This document shows, piece after piece, positions 9,910 through 19,252 of a stretch of 64,000 nt of DNA. A program made the position numbers and the translations under genes. The notes beneath the pieces are model-generated. The model ran no database searches and had not been told where the DNA came from. It was given only the letters and a program-made list of their open reading frames with translations. The first letter of the stretch is position 1. Every line of letters begins with the position of its first letter. The stretch comes from Abditibacterium sp. (GTDB lineage Bacteria > Armatimonadota > Abditibacteriia > Abditibacteriales > Abditibacteriaceae). The stretch lies in NCBI GenBank assembly GCA_965199495.1, contig CBDASK010000003.1:1536001-1600000 (forward strand), read 5' to 3'.

Positions 9910-10833
9910 CTAATCGCGCGTCAGCACGAACGCCGCCCAGCGTTCCGTCCACGTTTCGTCGCCTTCGTCGCGCGATTCGCCGTCCATCTGCCGCGCGATT
10001 TGCGTTTTAAATCCGGCGCCATTTAACGCCGCCTCAACTTCATCGGCGCGCGGCGCGCTGATGCCCGAAACCACGAGCGTGCCCGCAGTGGCTGTAACGC
10101 GCGCGAGTTCGGGCGCCAATCGAATCAGCAAATCGCTCATCAAATTGGCGACGACAAATGGAAAGGGCTGCGCGACCCATTTCAAATCGGCAGCTAATTT
10201 CGCGTCAATTGCGACGCCGTTTTTTGCGGCGTTTTCGTTCGTGGCGGCAATGCACCATTCGTCCAAATCGGAGCCGACGACATCGGCGCCCAACTTGGCG
10301 GCGGCGATGCTCAAAATGCCGCTACCGCAACCAACATCGAGCAGCTTTTGGCCGTCTAAATTCAAATCGCCGAGTAGTTCCAGACACATCCGCGTCGTGG
10401 GATGTTGGCCGGTGCCAAAGGCCAAACCGGGATCGAGTTCGATGGCGATTTTGTCCGATTGCGGTGCATCTTCCCAACTGGGCACGATGAGAAAACGCCC
10501 GATTTCGAGCGGCGGAAAGTTTTCGCGCCACTCGTTGGCCCAATCGTGCGAAACGACGGCTTCGACGTGAAAATCGGCCTCGAAACCGGCGCGCGCCAAC
10601 GATGCAGCCACGTCGTCGGGACTGGAAGAGGAATTGTCGCGGCGATAACCCGTCAAAGTCGTTTGCTCGCGCTTCACGAGGGTCGCGTCCTCGCTCTGGT
10701 CGAAGACAATCGCGGTGTCCTCGATTTGCACGCCCTCGCAGTCGTGTTCGATTAAAAAATTAGCGGCGGCCTCGGTGTCGGCGGGCGCCACGGTGAGACG
10801 AATCAGGTGCCAGGAATCTTGGGGAGATGACAT
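9910..10833 (-). CDS. prmA: Ribosomal protein L11 methyltransferase
   Basis: LDPGLAFGTGQHPTTRMCL; LDVGCGSGILSIAA. Confidence 0.95.
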   Translation of the reverse strand: MSSPQDSWHLIRLTVAPADTEAAANFLIEHDCEGVQIEDTAIVFDQSEDATLVKREQTTLTGYRRDNSSSSPDDVAASLARAGFEADFHVEAVVSHDWANEWRENFPPLEIGRFLIVPSWEDAPQSDKIAIELDPGLAFGTGQHPTTRMCLELLGDLNLDGQKLLDVGCGSGILSIAAAKLGADVVGSDLDEWCIAATNENAAKNGVAIDAKLAADLKWVAQPFPFVVANLMSDLLIRLAPELARVTATAGTLVVSGISAPRADEVEAALNGAGFKTQIARQMDGESRDEGDETWTERWAAFVLTRD

Positions 10834-10868
10834 GGTTGCGGGCGTGAGTTTACCCGCTCAAACGGTTT

Positions 10869-12575
10869 TTACGCGTCCAAATCCACGCCCTCGATCTCTT
10901 CGGCGCCCGGCAAATCTTCGAGGCTCATCACGTTGTCCAGTCCGTCGCCCGTTTCCATTTCGTCTTCCGCTTCCAGGTTTTGTTTGGCGGTTTGCAACAA
11001 AGTCGAGTGTTCAGTCGTATGCTTTTCGGGATGAACTTTCATGCCCTGATGCAAAATTTGATCGATCAAATCCACGATTTGCGGGTCGAACTGCGTGCCC
11101 GCGCAACGCTTTAATTCGCCCACGGCGTCCTCGTGCGAGACCATATCGCGATAGGGACGCGGCGTCGTCATCGCATCGAACGCGTCAACGGCGCCCACAA
11201 TGCGCGCCACCAGAGGGATGCCCTCGCCCGCCAGACCATCGGGATAACCGCTACCGTCCCATTTTTCGTGGTGATGCAAAATCCCATCGGTCAGCCGGTT
11301 AAGCGTCGGCACGCGCAAAACCAAGTCGCGACCAATCGCCGGATGCTTCTGAATAATGGAAAATTCTTCGTCCATTAACTTGCCCGGCTTGAGCAAAATG
11401 CCGTCGGGCACGCCGATTTTGCCGATGTCGTGCAGCAAAGCCGAATAACGCACTTCGTCCAATTTCTCGCCCTTGAGTTCCAGGCGCCGCCCGACCTCGA
11501 CGGCCAAACGCATCACGCTTTCGCAATGTCCGCGCGTGTAGGCGTCTTTGGCTTCGATGGCGTCGGCCAAAACCGCGATGGTCGAAGCGTAAGCCTCATT
11601 GAGTTCGTGGTGCAAACGCACGTTTTCCAGCGCGATTCCGGCGTGCTGACCGATAGACAATAGCAATTTGGTGTCCTGCTCGTTGAAGTCTCCGCTGCGT
11701 TTGTTGGCCAAAAGTAGCACGCCACTGTTCTTGCCTTTGGCAGCCACCGGCAGAGCCGACAGGTTGACCAGACCGGAACCGTCGGGCAATTTGTCGCTAT
11801 CGTTTTCGACTAAGGGCGCGTTTTCGGTATGAACGCGGCGCGTGAACTCGAACAGCGCGTTGGCGATTTCGGGTTTGAGATCGTCCATGCCCAGCGAGGC
11901 GATCACATCGTCGCCGTCCGATTGGGTGAATAAACCGACTTCGGCGCCCGTCAGTTGGCGCGCCATTTCGATAATTAGCGACGGCAAATCGTCAATTTGC
12001 AGGTCGTGCAAATCCAAAACTTGCGCGAACAAATCGTCTTTTTCGCGCTCTTTTTCTTCGTTCTGGCGCACCAAATCGGCGACGTGAGAATGCAAACGCG
12101 CGTTTTCCTGCTCGGCCTCACGCTTTTCAGTTTGCAAATCGGCGTGAGCATTGTTCAATGCCTCGTGCGCTTCTTCGTGCGCTTCGAGTTGCCGCGCTAA
12201 CTGCGCGATTTGATGATTCAACCGCGCGTTCTCTTCGCCGCTCTGGCGATTATTTTCTTCGAGCGCGGCGTTTTGATGCGTCAAACTTTCGTTTTCGAGC
12301 GACGATTTGTCGAGTTGCACGCGCAACTGTTCGACCTCGGTCTGCAACTGCGCGATCTGCGCGCTCAAATTTTCTTGATGGCGCAGAGCGGCTATCTTTT
12401 CGGTATCGAGCGACAAAACGGCGGCGCGCGCGCATTCGAGTTGTTGATGCACGGCATCGAAAGCCGCCAGAGCCGAAGCACTGGCCGAAGGTTGGTGCAT
12501 TTGCGGATGATCTTGCAGCACGGCGCAATCATCAATTGAGTCGGATGTGGGCGGTAAATTGGCGGAGAGAAACAT
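10869..12575 (-). CDS. Coiled-coil + GAF + HD-GYP cyclic-dinucleotide phosphodiesterase
   Basis: KDAYTRGHC, LLHDIGK, HHHEKWDGSGYP, VDAFDAM, RPY. Confidence 0.92.
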   Translation of the reverse strand: MFLSANLPPTSDSIDDCAVLQDHPQMHQPSASASALAAFDAVHQQLECARAAVLSLDTEKIAALRHQENLSAQIAQLQTEVEQLRVQLDKSSLENESLTHQNAALEENNRQSGEENARLNHQIAQLARQLEAHEEAHEALNNAHADLQTEKREAEQENARLHSHVADLVRQNEEKEREKDDLFAQVLDLHDLQIDDLPSLIIEMARQLTGAEVGLFTQSDGDDVIASLGMDDLKPEIANALFEFTRRVHTENAPLVENDSDKLPDGSGLVNLSALPVAAKGKNSGVLLLANKRSGDFNEQDTKLLLSIGQHAGIALENVRLHHELNEAYASTIAVLADAIEAKDAYTRGHCESVMRLAVEVGRRLELKGEKLDEVRYSALLHDIGKIGVPDGILLKPGKLMDEEFSIIQKHPAIGRDLVLRVPTLNRLTDGILHHHEKWDGSGYPDGLAGEGIPLVARIVGAVDAFDAMTTPRPYRDMVSHEDAVGELKRCAGTQFDPQIVDLIDQILHQGMKVHPEKHTTEHSTLLQTAKQNLEAEDEMETGDGLDNVMSLEDLPGAEEIEGVDLDA

Positions 12576-12733
12576 GAGACAACGTAAAACTTGGGGCGGG
12601 CGCTGGACGCCCTTTTAATTCGGATGTTCAGCGCATTTCACGCCGAAGTCGTTCGCAATTACGGTTAAAAATTCCTAAGACTTCGGTTAAAAAAGCGCAG
12701 ACCAACCAGTGAACGCGATTTTCAACGTATGAC

Positions 12734-14353
12734 TTAGAGCAATGATTCCGCCGTGGCTTGGGCTTGGTTCTGCTGCGCTTGATCCAATTCTTCCTGCTCG
12801 ATGACCTGAAGATAATGATTGGACTGTTCCTGCGAACGTTTGAGCGCATCAGGGCGTGGACGGGCCGATCTTTCGGCCAGGGCCGCGAAATGATCGTTAG
12901 TTTTCTGGCTTTCTTGCAGAATTTTTTCCAAAACATTCACGACTTTGGGGTCGAACTGGCTGCCCGCACAACGCTTCATTTCGTCCAACGCTTCCTGCGC
13001 CGAAACGGACTGACGGTAAAGGCGCGGCGTCGTCATCGCTTCGAAGGCATTGACGGCGCCGACGATGCGCGCGGCAATGGGAATTCTCTCGGCGGCCAGC
13101 CCCGAAGGATAGCCGCTGCCGTCCCATTTTTCGTGCTGATGCAAAATCGCGTCGGCCACGAAATGCAGATGCGGCATCCGCAAAACCAGATCGCAGCCGA
13201 TCACGGGATGGGTGCGCATAATCTTCTGTTCTTCGTCATTCAACCGCCCCGTGTTGAGCAATATTCCGTCGGGCACGCCGACTTTTCCAATGGCATGAAG
13301 CAATGCGGCCTGACGCACCTCTTCCAGTTGTTCGGCTTTGAGATCGAGTTTTTTGGCGACTTCAACGGCCAACAACATGATGCTCTGCGCGCGCCCGCCG
13401 GTATAAGCATTGCGAGTTTCGATGGCGTCAATCAAAGCGGAAACGGTATCGTTATAACGCTCTTCGTGTTGCCGGTAAAACTTCGCGTTTTCCAGCGCGA
13501 TAATCATCTGCGGCTCCAACTGTTGGAGCCGGTGGCTGTCCGCAAGGGTAAAGTCGCCGTCCGATTTGTTGGCCAGCAGCAAAACGCCGCCGTTTTCGTG
13601 ATGGGCCGCAAAGGGCAGCGCGATGAGATTGAAAAACTCGCAACTTTTCGGCGTGTTTTCGAAATCGTTTTCGATAACCGCTTCTTTGCCCTGACGAACT
13701 CTCTGCGTGAACTCGAACAGTTCGTAAGCCACGCGCGGCGGCAACCCGTCTAACCCACGCATTGCGGCGGCATCTATGGCGCTCGAATCGGTGAGAACGC
13801 CAACTTCAGCGCCCGTAATTTCGCAGGCGGCAGTTACAATTTGCCCGACCAAATCTTCAGTTTTGAGATCGAAGAGCGGCCCCATTTGTTGCAACAACTT
13901 GTCGCCTGACGAATCGTCGAGTTCGCTGGCAGCGCCCTCGATTTCGTTGATTTGCTGCTGCAAGCGAGCGTTATCGCCTTCCAATTTTTTGTTGTGGTTT
14001 TCCAAAAATTCGATGAGTTCGCTGGCGTCATTCAATTCCGATTGTAACGTTTCAATTTGTGCCGTCAAGCCTGCTTCGTGCGCGAAGTGCTGCGTTCTGG
14101 CGCTGTCACTTTCCATTTGGAGCGCCGCTACTATTTGGCGCGATTTTTCGAGTTGCTCGATGACATCGCGAAGCGCCGCAACGGCAGTTTCTCCCCCGTT
14201 GTCGGTGGAATCTGCCTGGACTTTTTCCAACGCGGAATCCGAGTTCGGGTCGCCGGATTTTTGGTGCGACTCCGCCGCGACGACCGATGAAGAACGCACG
14301 GGGACGGGAATGATAGAAGGGGCGGATGAGGGAAAAAGAGCGCGGGGTTTCAT
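12734..14353 (-). CDS. Coiled-coil + GAF + degenerate HD-GYP protein
   Basis: Paralogue of the neighbouring gene with LLHAIGK, TGGRA, HQHE, VNAFEAM. Confidence 0.85.
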   Translation of the reverse strand: MKPRALFPSSAPSIIPVPVRSSSVVAAESHQKSGDPNSDSALEKVQADSTDNGGETAVAALRDVIEQLEKSRQIVAALQMESDSARTQHFAHEAGLTAQIETLQSELNDASELIEFLENHNKKLEGDNARLQQQINEIEGAASELDDSSGDKLLQQMGPLFDLKTEDLVGQIVTAACEITGAEVGVLTDSSAIDAAAMRGLDGLPPRVAYELFEFTQRVRQGKEAVIENDFENTPKSCEFFNLIALPFAAHHENGGVLLLANKSDGDFTLADSHRLQQLEPQMIIALENAKFYRQHEERYNDTVSALIDAIETRNAYTGGRAQSIMLLAVEVAKKLDLKAEQLEEVRQAALLHAIGKVGVPDGILLNTGRLNDEEQKIMRTHPVIGCDLVLRMPHLHFVADAILHQHEKWDGSGYPSGLAAERIPIAARIVGAVNAFEAMTTPRLYRQSVSAQEALDEMKRCAGSQFDPKVVNVLEKILQESQKTNDHFAALAERSARPRPDALKRSQEQSNHYLQVIEQEELDQAQQNQAQATAESLL

Positions 14354-14454
14354 AGAAAGACAGAGTTGCTGCGGCGCTCAAAGTGGCTTTCGCCATGCCT
14401 ACAAACAACGGATTCTGTCAATACAGCAACAATTTCGCCTCTCCCCAAAGAAAC

Positions 14455-14670
14455 TTATTTCGCTTTTTTAGCGGCGGCTTCCAAGGTGGAATCGGGCACC
14501 GCTTTTTCGCTGGAGCGCGCCAGAAGTTCGGTGATAACTACGAAAATGAGCGAGGCCACTCCTGCCGAAATGTTGAAACGCTTGGTGAGGAAGTTGGCGA
14601 ACATTTTGGCGACGAAACCGCCCAAAATGCGGCGACCGAAAAATAAAAGAAAGGACATGGGAATTCCCAT
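14455..14670 (-). CDS. Small hypothetical membrane protein
   Basis: 71-aa ORF with hydrophobic segments filling the intergenic gap. Confidence 0.5.
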   Translation of the reverse strand: MGIPMSFLLFFGRRILGGFVAKMFANFLTKRFNISAGVASLIFVVITELLARSSEKAVPDSTLEAAAKKAK

Positions 14671-14705
14671 GTCCTTTCAATTTACGCGCCAATGACAATT
14701 TTCAA

Positions 14706-15311
14706 TTAACTGCCGAAGCGTTCGCTGACTTTATCCCAATTGACGGTGTTCCACCACGCTTCGAGATATTTTGGGCGCGCGTTCTGATAATTCAGATAAT
14801 ACGCGTGTTCCCACACGTCGTTGCCCAGAATCGGCGTCAGGCCCTGCGTGAGCGGGCTATCTTGATTGGGCGTCGAAATCACCTGCAAATTGCCCGACGC
14901 GTCTTTGACCAGCCACGCCCAGCCCGAACCGAACTGGCCCGCGCCCGCCGCGTTGAATTTGGTCTTGAGTTCGTCCAGCGAACCAAACGTCTGGTCAATG
15001 GCGTCTTTGAGCGCCCCGCTGGGCTGCGAAGCGCCGCCGGGCGTCATGGTTTCCCAAAACATGGTGTGATTGATATGTCCGCCACCGTTGTTGCGAATAG
15101 CGGTTTTAACCGAATCGGGCGCGCTGTCGAGATTGGTAATCAAATCTTCGATAGATTTATTGGCCAGTTCGGGCGCCTTTTCGAGGGCGGCGTTGAGATT
15201 ATTGACGTAAGCCGCGTGATGCTTGTCGTGATGAATTTTCATGGTTTCTTCATCAATATGCGGTTCGAGCGCGTCATACGCGTAGGGCAGAGCGGGAAGT
15301 TCAAAAGCCAT
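14706..15311 (-). CDS. sodA: Fe/Mn superoxide dismutase, probably Mn type
   Basis: [40 protein letters not shown]. Confidence 0.92.
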   Translation of the reverse strand: MAFELPALPYAYDALEPHIDEETMKIHHDKHHAAYVNNLNAALEKAPELANKSIEDLITNLDSAPDSVKTAIRNNGGGHINHTMFWETMTPGGASQPSGALKDAIDQTFGSLDELKTKFNAAGAGQFGSGWAWLVKDASGNLQVISTPNQDSPLTQGLTPILGNDVWEHAYYLNYQNARPKYLEAWWNTVNWDKVSERFGS

Positions 15312-15446
15312 AGTATTTTCCTTGAATCGCGCGGCGCCACGATTTGCTGGTTTTTGGCGCGCCGCCGAAATTCGAGGTTTCTCTGGCGCAAAACTGGCGC
15401 CGCGTTTTTGGGTAGTGCTACGAATCAGAAGTTTTGCTCTTGCCCC

Positions 15447-15476
15447 TTGCGCTCCATAAGCAAATCTGATTATAAT
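15447..15476 (+). promoter_or_regulatory. Putative sigma-70 promoter of the tRNA cluster
   Basis: TTGCGC-N18-TATAAT. Confidence 0.55.
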
Positions 15477-15507
15477 TATTTCCGCGCCAAATTGGCGCAC
15501 CAAAATC

Positions 15508-15603
15508 ATGTTTGTTTTCGGCTTGAACTTAAAACCCTTCGCTTTGCAGAATCTGCAAACGAATGGTTTCGTTCCACTTCCGACAGCGCGCATGAATTTC
15601 TAA
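15508..15603 (+). CDS. Putative 31-aa leader peptide [31 protein letters not shown]
   Basis: ATG..TAA between promoter and terminator; enriched in TTG/TTA/AAY/CAR codons. Confidence 0.5.
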   Translation: MFVFGLNLKPFALQNLQTNGFVPLPTARMNF

Positions 15604-15623
15604 GTTCTCAGAAATCATTGATT

Positions 15624-15668
15624 AAACGCCCGCCTCTGGAAGTCCCGGAGGCGGGCGTTTTTGTTTTT
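15624..15668 (+). terminator. Intrinsic terminator / attenuator upstream of the tRNA cluster
   Basis: AAACGCCCGCCTC-loop-GAGGCGGGCGTTT followed by TTGTTTTT. Confidence 0.85.
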
Positions 15669-15680
15669 CTGATGCGATTT

Positions 15681-15751
15681 TGCTTGATCGTCTAAAGGTA
15701 GGACTTCTGACTTTGGCCCAGAAAATCTTGGTTCGATTCCAGGTCGAGCAG
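15681..15751 (+). tRNA. tRNA-Gln(TTG)
   Basis: Acceptor TGCTTGA/TCGAGCA, anticodon loop CT-TTG-GC, T loop GTTCGATTC; no encoded CCA. Confidence 0.88.
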
Positions 15752-15767
15752 TGGAAATTTTTCCAAT

Positions 15768-15839
15768 AGTGAGGTGGCGAAGTGGTAACGCGACGGCCTG
15801 TTAAGCCGTTCATCGCAGGTTCGATCCCTGTCCTCACTG
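15768..15839 (+). tRNA. tRNA-Asn(GTT)
   Basis: Acceptor AGTGAGG/CCTCACT, ACGGC-CTGTTAA-GCCGT, GTTCGATCC; no CCA. Confidence 0.9.
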
Positions 15840-15843
15840 TAAG

Positions 15844-15916
15844 GTGCGCGTGGCCCAATGGCAGAGGCGGTCGGTTTAAGCCCGACGTGTTGCGAGTTCG
15901 AGTCTCGCCGCGCACA
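15844..15916 (+). tRNA. tRNA-Leu(TAA), short variable loop
   Basis: Acceptor GTGCGCG/CGCGCAC, GTCGG-TTTAAGC-CCGAC, A73; 73 nt. Confidence 0.85.
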
Positions 15917-15929
15917 GAGTTAGTTTTTC

Positions 15930-16003
15930 GCCCGCGTAGCCCAATTGGTAGAGGCGCTGGATTCAAACCCCAGAGGTTCGCAGTTCGAGTCTGCGCGTGG
16001 GCA
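15930..16003 (+). tRNA. tRNA-Leu(CAA), short variable loop
   Basis: Acceptor GCCCGCG/CGTGGGC, CTGGA-TTCAAAC-CCCAG, A73; 74 nt. Confidence 0.82.
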
Positions 16004-16103
16004 AATTTCACTCACGAAATATGGCGTTAAAACAGCTATGATACCCTGCACACCAGCAACGTCATCGCCGTTCCAATCGTCTAAAATTGACAACACATCA
16101 CCG

Positions 16104-18056
16104 ATGCAACAATCACAATCCGAAGTTCTCGTGCCCGCGCTTGAAAGCGCCGACCTCGCGCAAGAACCTCATATTATTACCGATAATTTGGACGAACTTC
16201 TGGCGGTTTTGCCCGCCGAATTGTCCGATGCGATTCCCGAATCGCAGCGCCCCAACTTATTGGAAATCGTCTTAGATTTGGGTCGTCGGCCCGAAGCGCG
16301 TTTTCTGGGACGCTATCAATATCTGCGCGAAACCGTCGTGACGCGCGAAGAGTTGGACTCAATCGAAGCGAAAATCGGTGCTTTCGGCGACGACAACCGC
16401 GCCGGACTGCCAGCCACGTTGCATCGCATCTCGGCGCTTCGCAATCGGCGCGGCCAAATCGTCGGCCTGACGCTACGCGTTGGGCGCGCCGTGACCGGCA
16501 TCATTGACATTCTGCGCGACTTGATCGAAAGCGGCCAATCGCTGTTGTTGATGGGCCGTCCGGGCCTGGGCAAAACCACGATGCTGCGCGAAATGGCGCG
16601 CGTTCTGGCCGACGAATCCGGCAAACGCGTGGTGATTGTGGACACCTCGAACGAAATCGCGGGCGATGGCGATGTGCCGCATCCGGCGATTGGGCGCGCG
16701 CGGCGGATGCAGGTGCCGCACGTCGCGCACCAACACGACGTGATGATCGAGGCCGTCGAAAATCACATGCCCGAAGTCATCGTGATTGACGAAATCGGGC
16801 GCATGGAAGAAACGCTCGCCGCGCGCACCATCGCCGAACGCGGCGTGCAACTCATCGCGACCGTGCACGGCAACACGCTCGATAATTTGATCGCCAATCC
16901 TTCGATGAGCGATTTAATCGGCGGCGTGCAAACCGTGACGCTGGGCGACGAAGAAGCGCGCCGTCGTCGCACGCAAAAAACAGTCAGCGAGCGCAAATTA
17001 CCGCCGACTTTCGACATCGTTGTCGAGATGATCGAGCGCGACAAAATCGCGATTCGCCGCCCGGTGGCTGATGTCGTGGACGCGTTACTTCGCGGCCAGA
17101 GCGCCAGTCCCGAAACGCGTTGGCGCGACGAGAACGGCGAATTAAATGTCGTGGGAGCCGAAGTTATATCGGCGCCCGAACCGATGGGCGAACGCGAGTT
17201 TTCCAATCGTAATGGTCGCGGCGGCGGGCGCGATAATCGCGGGCGCGGCGGCAATAATCGCGATAATCGTAACGGCTCCAACAAAGCGCACGGCTATTCC
17301 AAAGGTCACGGCGCTCCGGTTCCGCCGGTATTTCTGGCGCCCAAAGGCGGCACGCTCGTTCCCGTTGGCCCGCGCGCGGAAAGCGCGCAAACCTTCGCGC
17401 CATCGTCGTTCGATGACGATGGAGATGACCTAAAACCCATATTAAACGGCGAAGACGCGCGCCAATTCGAGTACGAAATGTTGCGTGACGAAAACAACGG
17501 CCCGGCGGGTGAACTGGCCGAAGAAGAGTTCGAGAATTTGCTTTCGACGTGGCAATCGCAGCCGGTGAACATGAGCAAAATTCGGCGTATTTATCCGTTC
17601 GGCATTTCGCGCTCGCGCTTGTCGCGCGCGGCCAAACATTTGGGAATTGACATCGTGCCCGCGCGCACCTGGCAAGAATGCGACGCCGTTTTGATGCTGT
17701 CGGGCGACGAAGGTTTGCCCGCGACCAATTCGATGCTGCGCGAAGCGCGCGACCTGAAACTGCCGATTATCGGCGTCGGCGGCAACACTTACGCGCAAAT
17801 CGTGGCGCGATTGAATGATCTATATAATACCGGCGCGTCCGATAGCGAAGATTCGCCGCGCGAACTGGCGATCCGAGAAGCCAAAGAAGCCGCGCAACGC
17901 GTGCTGGAAAGCGCGCAGACCATCGAACTGCGCCCGCAAATGAAAGCGCTGCGGCGTCTGCAACACGAAATCGCCGAGCGTTATCATCTGAAAAGTTTCA
18001 GCGTAGGACGCGACCCGCGCCGCCGCGTCAAAGTCGCGCCGATGATGGAACGGTAG
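16104..18056 (+). CDS. Ycf45/SpoIIIAA-family AAA ATPase with C-terminal R3H domain
   Basis: LEIVLDLGRRPEAR, GRPGLGKTT, DTSNEIAGDGD, ENHMPEVIVIDEIG; R3H RRLQH. Start uncertain. Confidence 0.9.
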   Translation: MQQSQSEVLVPALESADLAQEPHIITDNLDELLAVLPAELSDAIPESQRPNLLEIVLDLGRRPEARFLGRYQYLRETVVTREELDSIEAKIGAFGDDNRAGLPATLHRISALRNRRGQIVGLTLRVGRAVTGIIDILRDLIESGQSLLLMGRPGLGKTTMLREMARVLADESGKRVVIVDTSNEIAGDGDVPHPAIGRARRMQVPHVAHQHDVMIEAVENHMPEVIVIDEIGRMEETLAARTIAERGVQLIATVHGNTLDNLIANPSMSDLIGGVQTVTLGDEEARRRRTQKTVSERKLPPTFDIVVEMIERDKIAIRRPVADVVDALLRGQSASPETRWRDENGELNVVGAEVISAPEPMGEREFSNRNGRGGGRDNRGRGGNNRDNRNGSNKAHGYSKGHGAPVPPVFLAPKGGTLVPVGPRAESAQTFAPSSFDDDGDDLKPILNGEDARQFEYEMLRDENNGPAGELAEEEFENLLSTWQSQPVNMSKIRRIYPFGISRSRLSRAAKHLGIDIVPARTWQECDAVLMLSGDEGLPATNSMLREARDLKLPIIGVGGNTYAQIVARLNDLYNTGASDSEDSPRELAIREAKEAAQRVLESAQTIELRPQMKALRRLQHEIAERYHLKSFSVGRDPRRRVKVAPMMER

Positions 18057-18064
18057 AAGTGAGC

Positions 18065-18212
18065 GTGTCCGCGAAGGCGTACAGTTGCGCGCGAAGCGCG
18101 ATTCCAGACCCACATTTCAATGGGTTACGCGGGATGTTCACTCTCGTAAACCCATAATAAATTATGGGTCTGGAATCGCGCTTCGCGCGCAACTGTACGC
18201 CTTCGCGGACAC
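18065..18212. repeat. Long palindrome (48-bp perfect arms, internal hairpin)
   Basis: GTGTCCGCGAAGGCGTACAGTTGCGCGCGAAGCGCGATTCCAGACCCA (18065-18112) and its reverse complement (18165-18212). Confidence 0.92.
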
Positions 18213-18224
18213 ACGAATCGAACA

Positions 18225-18533
18225 ATGAACCAAACTCCACAAACTGTTGAAGAGTTGGGCTGGCAAGACGGCACCGTCGCCGAATTTTTGGGTTTGACGC
18301 CCGAAGAATCGGCGCTCATCGAGATGAAGTTGGCGCTGAGTCGTCACTTGCGCGAGCGCCGCGCCGCCAGCATGACGCAAAACGAATTGGCCGAAAAAAT
18401 CAGTTCGAGCCAATCGCGCATCGCCAAAGCCGAAAGCGGACACAGTTCAGTTTCGATGGAACTGTTGGTGCGCGCGATTCTGGCGACGGGCGCAACGCCC
18501 CACGAAATTGGCGAAGTTTTGGAGCGCGTTTGA
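18225..18533 (+). CDS. XRE-family HTH protein (HigA-like antitoxin)
   Basis: GW..GTVAEFLGLTPEE; MTQNELAEKISSSQSRIAKAE. Confidence 0.82.
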   Translation: MNQTPQTVEELGWQDGTVAEFLGLTPEESALIEMKLALSRHLRERRAASMTQNELAEKISSSQSRIAKAESGHSSVSMELLVRAILATGATPHEIGEVLERV

Positions 18534-18570
18534 GCCACAAAGAAAGTCGCGCCCATGACGCAAAGATGAA

Positions 18571-19179
18571 TTATGAACCTGCCAGACGCGACCAAGCGCA
18601 CAAACGAATGTTGAAACCGCGTCCGGCTTTGTCTCCCCATGTTTGCGTTTGGTAAGCGACAGCTTTGTTTTCCCATTTTGTGGATTCGCGCAGTTCTTCT
18701 AACTCGCCCTCAAAAGGGCGTTGCGCTTTGTCGTAGCTGATGAACATGACAATACGCGCATCAATTTCCCAACTGTATGTTCTTGATCCGAATGGTTTCC
18801 ATAATTGGCCGAGTTGACCGCTCAAATCGGCTTTTTCCCATCGCCCAAGTCTGTTTTCCTGCCTATCAACGTAATGTCCTGAACCATATCGCCTCACTTT
18901 TATATTCGACACCTTCACCAAAGCAAGCGTCACAGTACCAATTGAGGGAGAGTGACAAATGGCAGTTGACGAAAAGTTGTCTATAGGAGAAAATCGGCTG
19001 GCCCCGCATCCCTGTGATTCCAAGAATGGAAAAATCGCGCCTTGCCATTCCTGATAAGTTGACCTAACGGGATTCGCTCCAGCCAATTCGTCGCTGGCGT
19101 ATAAACCGAGCGGCAAAATCGCGGTATCGAACTGTTCGAGACAATCCACTAATCCATTTCGTAAAGCGTCAATTTCCAT
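18571..19179 (-). CDS. Hypothetical protein
   Basis: 202-aa ORF, visibly more AT-rich than core genes. Confidence 0.6.
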   Translation of the reverse strand: MEIDALRNGLVDCLEQFDTAILPLGLYASDELAGANPVRSTYQEWQGAIFPFLESQGCGASRFSPIDNFSSTAICHSPSIGTVTLALVKVSNIKVRRYGSGHYVDRQENRLGRWEKADLSGQLGQLWKPFGSRTYSWEIDARIVMFISYDKAQRPFEGELEELRESTKWENKAVAYQTQTWGDKAGRGFNIRLCAWSRLAGS

Positions 19180-19252
19180 GTTTTTCAGTGTGACTTAACG
19201 GCGATTGTCGCGCGCTCAAAACGCCGCAAAATGGTAAACCTTATTTAACCCA

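Noticed and set aside
15930..16003. tRNA with TCA (Sec/suppressor) anticodon
   Set aside because: Cloverleaf register places CAA at 34-36, and there is no long Sec-type arm.
15622..16030. ORFs 15622-16011(-), 15782-16030(+) and the 15945 start of the ATPase
   Set aside because: They overlap tRNA genes and are spurious translations.
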